Virus record (IMG/VR): IMGVR_UViG_3300035698_004821
Location: 1 to 64,000 of that record
DNA length: 64,000 nt
Reading direction: 5' to 3' (one strand)
DNA from: a virus
Part shown: positions 28,247 to 37,159 of the stretch, piece after piece
Layout of the letters: each line of letters starts with the position of its first letter
Numbering within the stretch: position 1 is the first letter of the stretch
Notes under the pieces: model-generated
Databases searched by the model: none
The model's input: the letters and a program-made list of their open reading frames with translations, nothing else
Told to the model about the DNA's origin: nothing
Made by a program: the position numbers and the translations under genes

Positions 28247-31200
28247 TGAATAGTGATAACCCAGTTAATCGGCTGATTAATGAGACCTTAGGTTTAGGGT
28301 CTGCGCCTAAGTCTTTCTCTGATAAGATGGATGGGCTTCGCCGTGAGTTGAACCTGCCTGATGCTGAGTACATAGACTTGTTTAGAAAAGATCCTGGGCT
28401 CGAACAGCTTAGATCCTATTCTAGTAGTAGGCCGACCTATAGAGCCTCCGACCCTGACAACCTGCGCGCTATGTACAAAGGGCTGAGTGGTAGGGGTCTT
28501 ATCCCAAAAAGTGCCGAAGCAATCTTTAAGAAGGCCGGCTTAGCCGCCGGCGATAGCATCTACTACAACGGTGAGAATGCTTCTCTATTCTACAGATCAG
28601 GTAACGTAGTCACACCTCTTCCTGTAAGATCAGGTATGGGCGGAGTGCGATTTGGCAACGCCACTAGAAAAGCTAACTCACTAATGACAGGTGATGTAGT
28701 CACACCTTACATAGATGAATACTACAAAGGCATAGCAAGTTCTTCTAAACACTCCGTAGCGGAGGCAGTTAAGGAGTTCACTAGCTCAAGCAAGAATGTA
28801 CTTCTAACTCAAGGTGAGATCCCTCGGGCAGACCTATCCAATATCCTACTTGACGGTACGAGTGTTAAGGGTATCAATACACCTGAAGAAGCTTTTTGGA
28901 CTTCAAGACGATCTATCTTAGACATGCCATCTAACAAGGCTTTCCAAAAAAGCTTTAACCAGTTCCAACTATACTCAAGCTCTTTCTCTATGCTTGCTAA
29001 AACAGCTGGTCGAGTTATTAACCCCCAACTACAAGCCATAACCGGAAAGATAGATCACAGAGAAGCATTTAAAGTCTTGGAAGGGTATAAAAAGAACTAC
29101 ATCAGTTCACTGAGCGCTATGTTATTAGCCAGTGATGCGCCCTCTTCTTTTGTGTTCACTAAGCCTGGATTTTTAGGGCACGAAGAAGGGAAGTTTCTAA
29201 TAAGTTCTCCGCAGCTAACTAAGATGTTCGGCGGTGACTTAGAGAAACACACCTTAGACAAGGGTCTTTTTCAACTAGCTAAGCTTAAGCACACAGACAG
29301 TGGTCTAGCGCGAAGCCTTATAGAGGAGGGCATAGACCCAACTGCGCCGTATGTGATAGCGGGTGAAAGTCGTGGGCAAACGTTAGCTAGACTAAAGCTG
29401 AAAGTAGGTATTGTTGATACAGCTAATGATGCTGTATCTCGTTTACTATTCCAAGAAGGCGGAGCTATACTTGGTAAGCCGGGCATAGCTATGTTTGCAC
29501 AGAATGCACCTATGGGTGATCTGTCCTTCTCTTCACCTTCTGAGAAACTCATAACCTCAGTAGAAGATGTCTTTGGTATTAACCTGGGAGCAGGCAATGT
29601 ACAGACCTTCGACTGGAGCCCAACTACCCAATTAGGCAAAGCAAAAACTGAAGACTTAAAGAGAATACTTAAAGCTAGTGGAAATCAGAGAGGCTTGGCT
29701 AGGCTACTGGCTGTGACAGACAACAGGCTAGCCAAAGTAGAGCTAACTGACTCAACCCTTAAGCTGAGCTTCGTCACCCCTAATAGGGTGACTCCTGCCA
29801 CCTCTGAAATTAACATAGCGGCCCGTAGATTCGCCGCCACTAAGCTCAATGACTTTAACAAACTAGCTAACTCTGGCATCCCCGAAGACCTATTAGAGAG
29901 TGTTCATGTTTGGCATGGTGCCGATGAGTATCTTAAGAACCATGGTCCTGATGTCTTTATCACCAACTTCATAGAAAAGGTAAAAGGCAGAGACGACGCC
30001 GAAGTAATATTCCGTAAAGCTTTTGGACACGCAGCTAACATATCTATAAATGGTAAAACCAGAATGGTTGTGCCCGAGATTACCAGTGTAGATCACGCTT
30101 ACCGTAACTCTAAGTTACTCGTCCTACGGATGCTCAGAGGAGGCACAGATGAAGAGAAGACGCTAGCCGCAACGATACTAAAGGGAAACAAGGTAGTTAC
30201 AGATAAGATGCTCAAGTCTGGCATCACGGGTGTCACTGTAATTGGTATGGGTGGCGCGTCTAGAACTGACTTCATGGGTGATATCAATATGATGAACCCT
30301 GTGACTATCTCTCCAACTAAGATGACCCACATAGCTGCTGGTGCAAGGCAGCTAGGCTATGACCATCTGTACCAAGACCCAATGTACAGTCTCTTGGCTG
30401 GATCTAATAAATCATGGAATAGTGGGGATATACGTGTACTAGCCGGATCAGGTCAGCTCCATATTAGTGACAAGCATATAATGTCCAGGTACGCTAAAGC
30501 TTTATATGCTAAACCAGGACACATAGATCCGTCGGCTATAGTTACGCTTAACAAGGGCGGAGGCTTTTCAATAGGGGGTAAACCACTTAGAGCACTACCT
30601 ACTGACTTTAACGATTTTTCACATGCTAAAGGTGTTGATTTTAGCCGATTAGAAGGTACCATTTTAGGCCAAAAGCAGGACATGTTGTATCTTGACCTAG
30701 GCAAAGAAAGGCAACTAGATCTTTTGGGCTCAGGTAAAAAAAGTTACAGATACTTGCCTATACCTTTAGACTACCTAAGAGTTAAAGAAGGGTTACATAA
30801 CAGACTAATAATTGGCAAAAAGAACCCAACACGAGGTATTGTCCAGTCACTAGTAGACATAGACTCTAATAGAGACTTTTATAAGGATGTTTTAGCTGAG
30901 CTAGAAAATACAGAGTCAAAATTAGGCCGTCAAATGAGCCAAGGCTTCTTTAGCCTTAACAAATCTATAGCGGGTAAAGAAGGTATTTTCCAAAAAAGCA
31001 ACACTATCCTTATGCCATTAGGCGCAAGAACTAGATTGACCCCACAATCGGGTAGTTTCTTTGACATGGCATCTTTAGATGATGCCAGTAAACTATACAC
31101 CAGTGTTATGTCTTCTTCAGATTTTGAAGACTACTTAGCTAGAAAGAGCGGAACAGGGAAAGGAGTCCAAAAGCAGATAAGCAAGATCAAAGAGCTGGTT

Positions 31201-32766
31201 AAGAAGCAGGGTCACTTCTACGCCATGGTATCTGTAGACCCCATGCAGAGAGCAGAGCACGCTAACCTGATGCGAATTCGAGTGGATCCTACTATACCTG
31301 GCTCTGCAAAGATAGGTCAGCTTAACATGGCCCAGCACCCGTTCTGGTATTTATTGTCGGAAAGAGACACAGACAGAGATGCTGCGTCTATAGTCCCTCT
31401 ATCTGGTATGAGTAATACAGGGCTAACAGACGAACAAATAAACTCTCTGCTAGAAGATAGATGGTTGAGACAGCAAAAGCTATCTAAGCACTTTATGTGG
31501 TTTTACAAGCACCAGCTACTGACGGGTAGCGTGGCGTCTGCTGAAGATAGATTCTCTCTTTTAAAGAAAGGTCTAGTTAAGGCTAAGAACGCTATTAACC
31601 ACATACCTACATACTTAGGTATTTCTGAGTCACTTGGTTACTCTACAGTGCGTGCCTCAGAAGACATAATGAGTAACCTCATAGCCTATGATGTGCGTGG
31701 CGCAAGACTAGCTGGCGTCAAACACTCAACAGCGTCAGATGAAATGCTGAAACTTATACGCGCTCCCTACGCTAATGACAAGGTAAGAGCTGAAATAGCT
31801 AGAAAAGCATACCAAAACATATACCAGTCACCTGTTGTTAAAGCTGGAAAAGACCTTCTAGGTGCGTTTGACGCGGCGCTCATAGACATTGGACACAAGT
31901 ACAAGGGTACTGCCTTCGACTATGACAAAGTAGTAAGTGAAACTGCAGACGCTTTCTACGATCTTTTAGCCGGATCAGGTAAGGTTAGATCATTCACAGA
32001 AACGGAATACCTATACAACAACTTCCCAAAGGTAAAGTCCTCTATGGACCTCATGAAGGCAGACCTAGAGAGAGGTGCTGAGTACGCTAAAGAGAGTGGT
32101 AAAAAAGCCAAAGAACAAATCTTCAGAGCAACCTCTCAGCTGATGGGAGAAATGCTAGGTGGAGGCCAAGTTCTCGCTGCATCACAAAGCATGCCTAAAG
32201 GTGTCAACAGTATTATACAGTCAATAATGAGACCTGAAACAACTCAAGCAGTTGTTGAGTCTAATGTTTTGAGACCAGCTCTTGGTCTTGAAGAGAAAAA
32301 CAAAAATAGCCAAAAAGTGGTAGGTGCGCTTCAAGACACGGGTGGAAGAATGCCGATAACCGATGGCGATGCTAGTGAGTCAATGATGTCTAAGGCGACT
32401 AAGTACTTCAACTCATCTAAGGGTAGAACTTTTGGTGCAGGTATTGGCATCGGCGCCTTGGTAGGCGCTGGTATAGTATCTAGCATGTCTGGCCCTGAAG
32501 CACCAATGCCAAGAGACGTCGATGGACGTCAACCTACAGACCGTGCACCCGACGTGTACAGCACGCCACCAAGAATATATGGTAACCACCAGAGTTTCTC
32601 CGCTTCAAAGCAGGGATCTCCAACGGCAATACCTAACATAGGGGCTTATCAGTTCCCGAGTTTTGGTAATTCATCAATAACTATAAGGGACAGATCAAGT
32701 TCCAGCAACCCCCGTATGATCGAGAGACATATGAGAGATATATCTAACAGCGATTACACATACTAA
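28246..32766 (+). CDS. Tape-measure-locus protein B (1506 aa): single-chain two-barrel (DPBB) RNA-polymerase-like protein
   Basis: Beta'-like motifs in order: IAGKEGIF (908-915), GARTRLTP (926-933), MVSVDP, HPFWYLLSERDTDRDAASIVPL (1031-1052). Weaker beta-like motifs upstream: KVGIV..FQEGGAIL, KLSFVTPNRVTPATSEINIAARR, VHVWHGADEYLK. C-terminal Gly-rich hydrophobic helix. Confidence 0.7.
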   Translation: MNSDNPVNRLINETLGLGSAPKSFSDKMDGLRRELNLPDAEYIDLFRKDPGLEQLRSYSSSRPTYRASDPDNLRAMYKGLSGRGLIPKSAEAIFKKAGLAAGDSIYYNGENASLFYRSGNVVTPLPVRSGMGGVRFGNATRKANSLMTGDVVTPYIDEYYKGIASSSKHSVAEAVKEFTSSSKNVLLTQGEIPRADLSNILLDGTSVKGINTPEEAFWTSRRSILDMPSNKAFQKSFNQFQLYSSSFSMLAKTAGRVINPQLQAITGKIDHREAFKVLEGYKKNYISSLSAMLLASDAPSSFVFTKPGFLGHEEGKFLISSPQLTKMFGGDLEKHTLDKGLFQLAKLKHTDSGLARSLIEEGIDPTAPYVIAGESRGQTLARLKLKVGIVDTANDAVSRLLFQEGGAILGKPGIAMFAQNAPMGDLSFSSPSEKLITSVEDVFGINLGAGNVQTFDWSPTTQLGKAKTEDLKRILKASGNQRGLARLLAVTDNRLAKVELTDSTLKLSFVTPNRVTPATSEINIAARRFAATKLNDFNKLANSGIPEDLLESVHVWHGADEYLKNHGPDVFITNFIEKVKGRDDAEVIFRKAFGHAANISINGKTRMVVPEITSVDHAYRNSKLLVLRMLRGGTDEEKTLAATILKGNKVVTDKMLKSGITGVTVIGMGGASRTDFMGDINMMNPVTISPTKMTHIAAGARQLGYDHLYQDPMYSLLAGSNKSWNSGDIRVLAGSGQLHISDKHIMSRYAKALYAKPGHIDPSAIVTLNKGGGFSIGGKPLRALPTDFNDFSHAKGVDFSRLEGTILGQKQDMLYLDLGKERQLDLLGSGKKSYRYLPIPLDYLRVKEGLHNRLIIGKKNPTRGIVQSLVDIDSNRDFYKDVLAELENTESKLGRQMSQGFFSLNKSIAGKEGIFQKSNTILMPLGARTRLTPQSGSFFDMASLDDASKLYTSVMSSSDFEDYLARKSGTGKGVQKQISKIKELVKKQGHFYAMVSVDPMQRAEHANLMRIRVDPTIPGSAKIGQLNMAQHPFWYLLSERDTDRDAASIVPLSGMSNTGLTDEQINSLLEDRWLRQQKLSKHFMWFYKHQLLTGSVASAEDRFSLLKKGLVKAKNAINHIPTYLGISESLGYSTVRASEDIMSNLIAYDVRGARLAGVKHSTASDEMLKLIRAPYANDKVRAEIARKAYQNIYQSPVVKAGKDLLGAFDAALIDIGHKYKGTAFDYDKVVSETADAFYDLLAGSGKVRSFTETEYLYNNFPKVKSSMDLMKADLERGAEYAKESGKKAKEQIFRATSQLMGEMLGGGQVLAASQSMPKGVNSIIQSIMRPETTQAVVESNVLRPALGLEEKNKNSQKVVGALQDTGGRMPITDGDASESMMSKATKYFNSSKGRTFGAGIGIGALVGAGIVSSMSGPEAPMPRDVDGRQPTDRAPDVYSTPPRIYGNHQSFSASKQGSPTAIPNIGAYQFPSFGNSSITIRDRSSSSNPRMIERHMRDISNSDYTY

Positions 32767-32767
32767 C

Positions 32768-35700
32768 ATGACAACCACAACATTAACTAACTATGCAAGC
32801 GCATATGCAGTAGGCCGCCAGCATGTTCACTTTGACTGCAGGGCGAGCACACCAACTACTGGTTTAATGAGTGATCGAGATGCCCAAGGATATTGGAGGG
32901 TTATTCGCGCAGGATCAATTATTAAACGTGAAAATGGTATATTAGACTTTGCTTGGCTTGGTCTAGACGGAGACATCGTACAATGCATGGCTGTCGATAG
33001 TGCTGGCAACAAAGGGGAGTTTGTATCTTACACTTATAGTGTTGCTGCGAACACTGCCGCTGATGTTGTTTACTACGTCAACTCAGCAACGGGTAATGAC
33101 TCTACTGGTGATGGCTCAAGTGGCCTACCTTGGGCTACTCCAGGTAAAGCTGCTACTGAGATGGCCTCGGCCTTAGGTGGCACTGAATCAGGTGTTATCT
33201 TTATCTCAGGCAGTAACACATACGTGATTACTGGATCCTTATGGGGTGGTGGTGATGCACTAACCCGTCAGGTTAGGTTTATATGGGATGGGACTGGTAC
33301 GAAGCCGACTCTTAGCTTCTCGAATAATGCTACAGGATTTATCACTGGTAAGCGTGAGTCGCCACATATTGAAGGCTTTATATTAGATGGTGACGCGGTA
33401 GACGGAACTGCTAATAGTTACTGCGTTACCTTTAACCGTGATGGCGGAGTCGCAGCTGATCGATCGGCCTACAACATCATGTTGGTCAATTGTGACCTGC
33501 GGAACTTTTCAAACCATATTGAAGGTAATGAGGTAACCGTAGGGTCATCGGACCGATCATCTGGCTGTTTTGACTTTGTCGCTCTTGAAAACTGCACACT
33601 AGCGGGTATTCACGGAGCATCTCCAGGTGCCCAGTACTACCTTTACTCTTGGAAGTACGTAGAGAAGTGGTTACTTAACAACGTCTCATTCGGTGCTGCG
33701 GTTAGTTTCAACTCAGGTATAAGACTACTACAGACAGGTAGAGGTTATACCTCTGATGTTGTAGAAGACTACGGAATCAAAAGAACCCGATTCACTATCG
33801 CTCCAGGAGTAGGTAACGAGACTAAACTTCAGTCTCACGTTCGATGGACTAAGTATGCTGGAGATGGAGATGATGTCATAGGTTACGAGACTGATGCGTC
33901 TAACGTTGGCATTAGTTACGTTGAAGATATTCGATACTACGACTGTAGGCTACTGGATTCAAGAATATCTTTTAGAGCTAATGAAGGAGCAGTTCTAAAT
34001 GGTGTTAATGTCACTAGGTTTGACATTATCAATACAGTATCTAAAGGCTACCATATTGGTAGGACTGCTGCTGTAGGTCACTCCATTAGCTCCATCAGGT
34101 GGAGGGATTGTGCAGTAATCAGAGACTACCAAAATGGCGCATTCATCACTATAGATGGTGTAGCCGATGGTCTAGAGACTGACTCCTTACTGTTCAACGG
34201 CTGCTACGTTTATTGGCGGATGACTAATGGCTTTGAAGGTGGTGGTGTATTCTACTCTGCGTTCAATGCACTAAGAGCCACGATCGCTGCGGCAGTTCAC
34301 GGTGACTCTGATAATAACCATACTGCTAAAGTAAACTCTACTTTCCTGCGGTGGGCTTCTCACTCAGATGATTCTGGGGAATCTGACTTAACTCAATGGC
34401 AAGCTGTATCTGACGCTGACGACTCTTCAGATACACATAATAGTACTACACTATTCTTAACTAATAATGGTGCATCTGACTTTAGAGATACTGATGTCAC
34501 ACTAACTAGTGGAGCAGGACCATTAAATAATGTTGGATCTCCCTTAGCTCTTGGCGTTGCTATTGACTCAGCAGGTAAGTTAAGAAGTGCCTCTACCCCT
34601 GATGCAGGACCCTATGAGTTTGGAGCTACGGATCTACCCGACGACCCACTACCCGACGACCCACTATCCCCTCTATTAACTACGAGTTCCATGCCTGTTG
34701 TTACAGTCGAGGTACAGTCCCCACCGGTGACGCCTTTGCCCCTAGTATCAGCAGGCTCTATACCTGCTGTAACAGCGAACATCGCTACATCTACAGAAGT
34801 AGTGGTTGGTTCTCCTCTTATATCCACAGTTAGCCTACCAGTAGTGGTTGGTTCTCCGCTTATACCCACGGCTATCCCACCCCTTTCTAGTGTAAGTAGC
34901 CTACCAACTGTAAGTGTTGCTTCCGTTGATCACTTTCAAATTGACACAGCTGGACCAGGAATGGAAAGCTGGAGATCTACAAAATTCTCGGCTACAGTTA
35001 ATGGTGATACAGCCTACGTCTATGCACATACTAGAGAGACACAGTTTTCGTGTTCAGTTTGGGACGCAGGGGTTGATGTTGAGCAGTCCGTGCTTAGGTA
35101 TGGCGCTAGTGAAGCAACGACAGTAACCATTAGTCTTGCGGATGCCACTGCAATTACGTCTGCTATAGTCTACCCAAAAAACTTAGGTGTTACCCAGGTA
35201 ATTTCAATGGGAGTCTTGACATTGACCGTGCCTGCGAATGTCAGACTACGGGTTGAGGTTAATGGGGACCGTGCCGAAGTACTGTCTTTACTCGCCAACC
35301 CGCTTACTTCTACTCCTACCTCAGTAGTTGACTACACAACTCTAGCAAAAGCTATTGACTCTGTGAGTACTACTGCAGACGGGTATATAACTATTACGGC
35401 GCATGGTTGGACTGGGTTTTTACGCGGTCTTATGACTACGCCAGATGAGTTACCAACACCTACCGAAGGTACAATAGGGGCTTATGAAGCAGTTCTTCTT
35501 TTGGTCATTGATGAAAATACTGTTGTAATTTTAGACGATAATTACGTCCCAAGGACATTTAGCGCATCAGGTAGTGATGTGTTTATGTCTCCAGCCCAAT
35601 GGACTGATACGGTTAACACACTGTTAATACCCGCCGGTCAGCATAACATAGGTGCTCAGTTTACCCTGGGTGATAACGTAAGCGTCTACCTTGAAAAAGG

Positions 35701-37159
35701 GGCTGTAGCCCTAGGGTCATTTCAAATGAACTGCACTAATGCAAGGGTACATGGTCCTGGCGTTTTAGCAGGAACTCACGTTGATTCTCTGGTTGGCTGG
35801 AACTCGGGGGACTTTAATGTAAAAGTAGTTACATCTATGTTTTACAGGGCCCCCACTAGTTCTGATGATCACTCTAATACTATTGAAGATATCACAGTGT
35901 TGGGTAGCCCTTTCTTTTTAAACTTTTTAGGTGTAAAGAAGTTTAAAAATGTGGCACATATATCTCCCTGGAATTACTCAACAGATGGTTTTGCTCCTCA
36001 GACTATAACAAGTAACGAAAGTGATATAAGTGAGATCATAGATTGTTACGCTCTTTGTGGCGATGACGCGTTACGAATAAGTATAAGAGAACGTAGCTGT
36101 GAAACTTCAGGCACCTTTGTTACCACTACAAACAATTCATGCATTAGCAGTGACACTAGGGTGCATTTTATTAATGAAAATAGGTATAGCAAGACTACAG
36201 ACACGCACTTAATGCATTTAGGAAAAGCGGATAGTGTCGGGGGTAATATAGCCTCTAAAACAATAATTAAGTTATTGACCGACGGTCGCGATAACACACC
36301 ACCCTTTGGTCACTTCAACTACACTTTTGAACGGATCAATGTATGGGGACCAATAGAGTCTAGGCTTTTTTGGTTGGGTAGTTTAGCTAACCCGTTTCAG
36401 GTTAGTAGAGGTTTGCATGGTGTGGTGCAAAACGTACTCTTTAAAGACTTTACTGTAGAAGCAGTCCCTGGTCAAATCTCATCTATCACATCTAAGGATG
36501 CCACTAACACACCCTCTAATATTACTTTTGAAGAACTATCTATAGGCGGCCAAAAAATATTTAGTGATAACCGGCATTCTTATGTGTCCGTGTCGGGTCT
36601 TGCATATGATATAGTCTGGGACATTCGGCCTGGCACAATACTTCTTGATCCTTCTGAGGTGCACAGCATCTCGTCTATTAATCTTCTTTATGCTGGTGAT
36701 GTACCGGCCATACTTGTAAGTAATAGTGAATCAGTAGCGACTACATCAGCTGGGCAAGGAGGCTTAACAGAGGTTATAGCTTTTGATCTACACCTAAAGG
36801 TAGGTCAAGCAACAGCCTCTGGAACTAATGAGCCCATTGATCCACCAAGAGATCCACCGACCGAGCTACCCGTATTTAGCATATCCGTTCCCTCCTCTAC
36901 TCCCAGCTTAGAGCAGGCTGTGGCTATACGGGATGAAGTGGTGCTGCCTATACTGCTAGAGCTTGATAAAATTGATAACAATATTGCTAAAGCATCCACT
37001 AATAGCAAGGTGGTGTGGTCGCAAAGTGTATTAGATCGTATAGAGGTTCCTGCTGTGTCACGGACCATAATTAAAATTAAAGCTGCCAACTACAGTAAGT
37101 TCACCCGAAGGGTGGACAGTCCTGTCGTAAGAGCGTCCACACCTAGACGAAGATTCTAA
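32768..37159 (+). CDS. 1463-aa tailspike/depolymerase with two beta-helix-type domains
   Basis: Domain 1 runs from YYVNSATGNDSTGDGSSGLPWAT to PDAGPYE (pectate-lyase-fold signature). After a linker, domain 2 has VYLEKGAV, GPGVLAG, WNYSTDG and GDDALRI (GH28/GH49-like). Confidence 0.7.
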   Translation: MTTTTLTNYASAYAVGRQHVHFDCRASTPTTGLMSDRDAQGYWRVIRAGSIIKRENGILDFAWLGLDGDIVQCMAVDSAGNKGEFVSYTYSVAANTAADVVYYVNSATGNDSTGDGSSGLPWATPGKAATEMASALGGTESGVIFISGSNTYVITGSLWGGGDALTRQVRFIWDGTGTKPTLSFSNNATGFITGKRESPHIEGFILDGDAVDGTANSYCVTFNRDGGVAADRSAYNIMLVNCDLRNFSNHIEGNEVTVGSSDRSSGCFDFVALENCTLAGIHGASPGAQYYLYSWKYVEKWLLNNVSFGAAVSFNSGIRLLQTGRGYTSDVVEDYGIKRTRFTIAPGVGNETKLQSHVRWTKYAGDGDDVIGYETDASNVGISYVEDIRYYDCRLLDSRISFRANEGAVLNGVNVTRFDIINTVSKGYHIGRTAAVGHSISSIRWRDCAVIRDYQNGAFITIDGVADGLETDSLLFNGCYVYWRMTNGFEGGGVFYSAFNALRATIAAAVHGDSDNNHTAKVNSTFLRWASHSDDSGESDLTQWQAVSDADDSSDTHNSTTLFLTNNGASDFRDTDVTLTSGAGPLNNVGSPLALGVAIDSAGKLRSASTPDAGPYEFGATDLPDDPLPDDPLSPLLTTSSMPVVTVEVQSPPVTPLPLVSAGSIPAVTANIATSTEVVVGSPLISTVSLPVVVGSPLIPTAIPPLSSVSSLPTVSVASVDHFQIDTAGPGMESWRSTKFSATVNGDTAYVYAHTRETQFSCSVWDAGVDVEQSVLRYGASEATTVTISLADATAITSAIVYPKNLGVTQVISMGVLTLTVPANVRLRVEVNGDRAEVLSLLANPLTSTPTSVVDYTTLAKAIDSVSTTADGYITITAHGWTGFLRGLMTTPDELPTPTEGTIGAYEAVLLLVIDENTVVILDDNYVPRTFSASGSDVFMSPAQWTDTVNTLLIPAGQHNIGAQFTLGDNVSVYLEKGAVALGSFQMNCTNARVHGPGVLAGTHVDSLVGWNSGDFNVKVVTSMFYRAPTSSDDHSNTIEDITVLGSPFFLNFLGVKKFKNVAHISPWNYSTDGFAPQTITSNESDISEIIDCYALCGDDALRISIRERSCETSGTFVTTTNNSCISSDTRVHFINENRYSKTTDTHLMHLGKADSVGGNIASKTIIKLLTDGRDNTPPFGHFNYTFERINVWGPIESRLFWLGSLANPFQVSRGLHGVVQNVLFKDFTVEAVPGQISSITSKDATNTPSNITFEELSIGGQKIFSDNRHSYVSVSGLAYDIVWDIRPGTILLDPSEVHSISSINLLYAGDVPAILVSNSESVATTSAGQGGLTEVIAFDLHLKVGQATASGTNEPIDPPRDPPTELPVFSISVPSSTPSLEQAVAIRDEVVLPILLELDKIDNNIAKASTNSKVVWSQSVLDRIEVPAVSRTIIKIKAANYSKFTRRVDSPVVRASTPRRRF
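34634..34666 (+). repeat. 15-bp tandem duplication (LPDDP x2)
   Basis: CTACCCGACGACCCA repeated exactly at 34634 and 34649. Confidence 0.9.
34798..34870 (+). repeat. 42-bp-period direct repeat (VVVGSPLI x2)
   Basis: AGTAGTGGTTGGTTCTCC at 34798 and 34840, with near-identical continuation. Confidence 0.85.
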
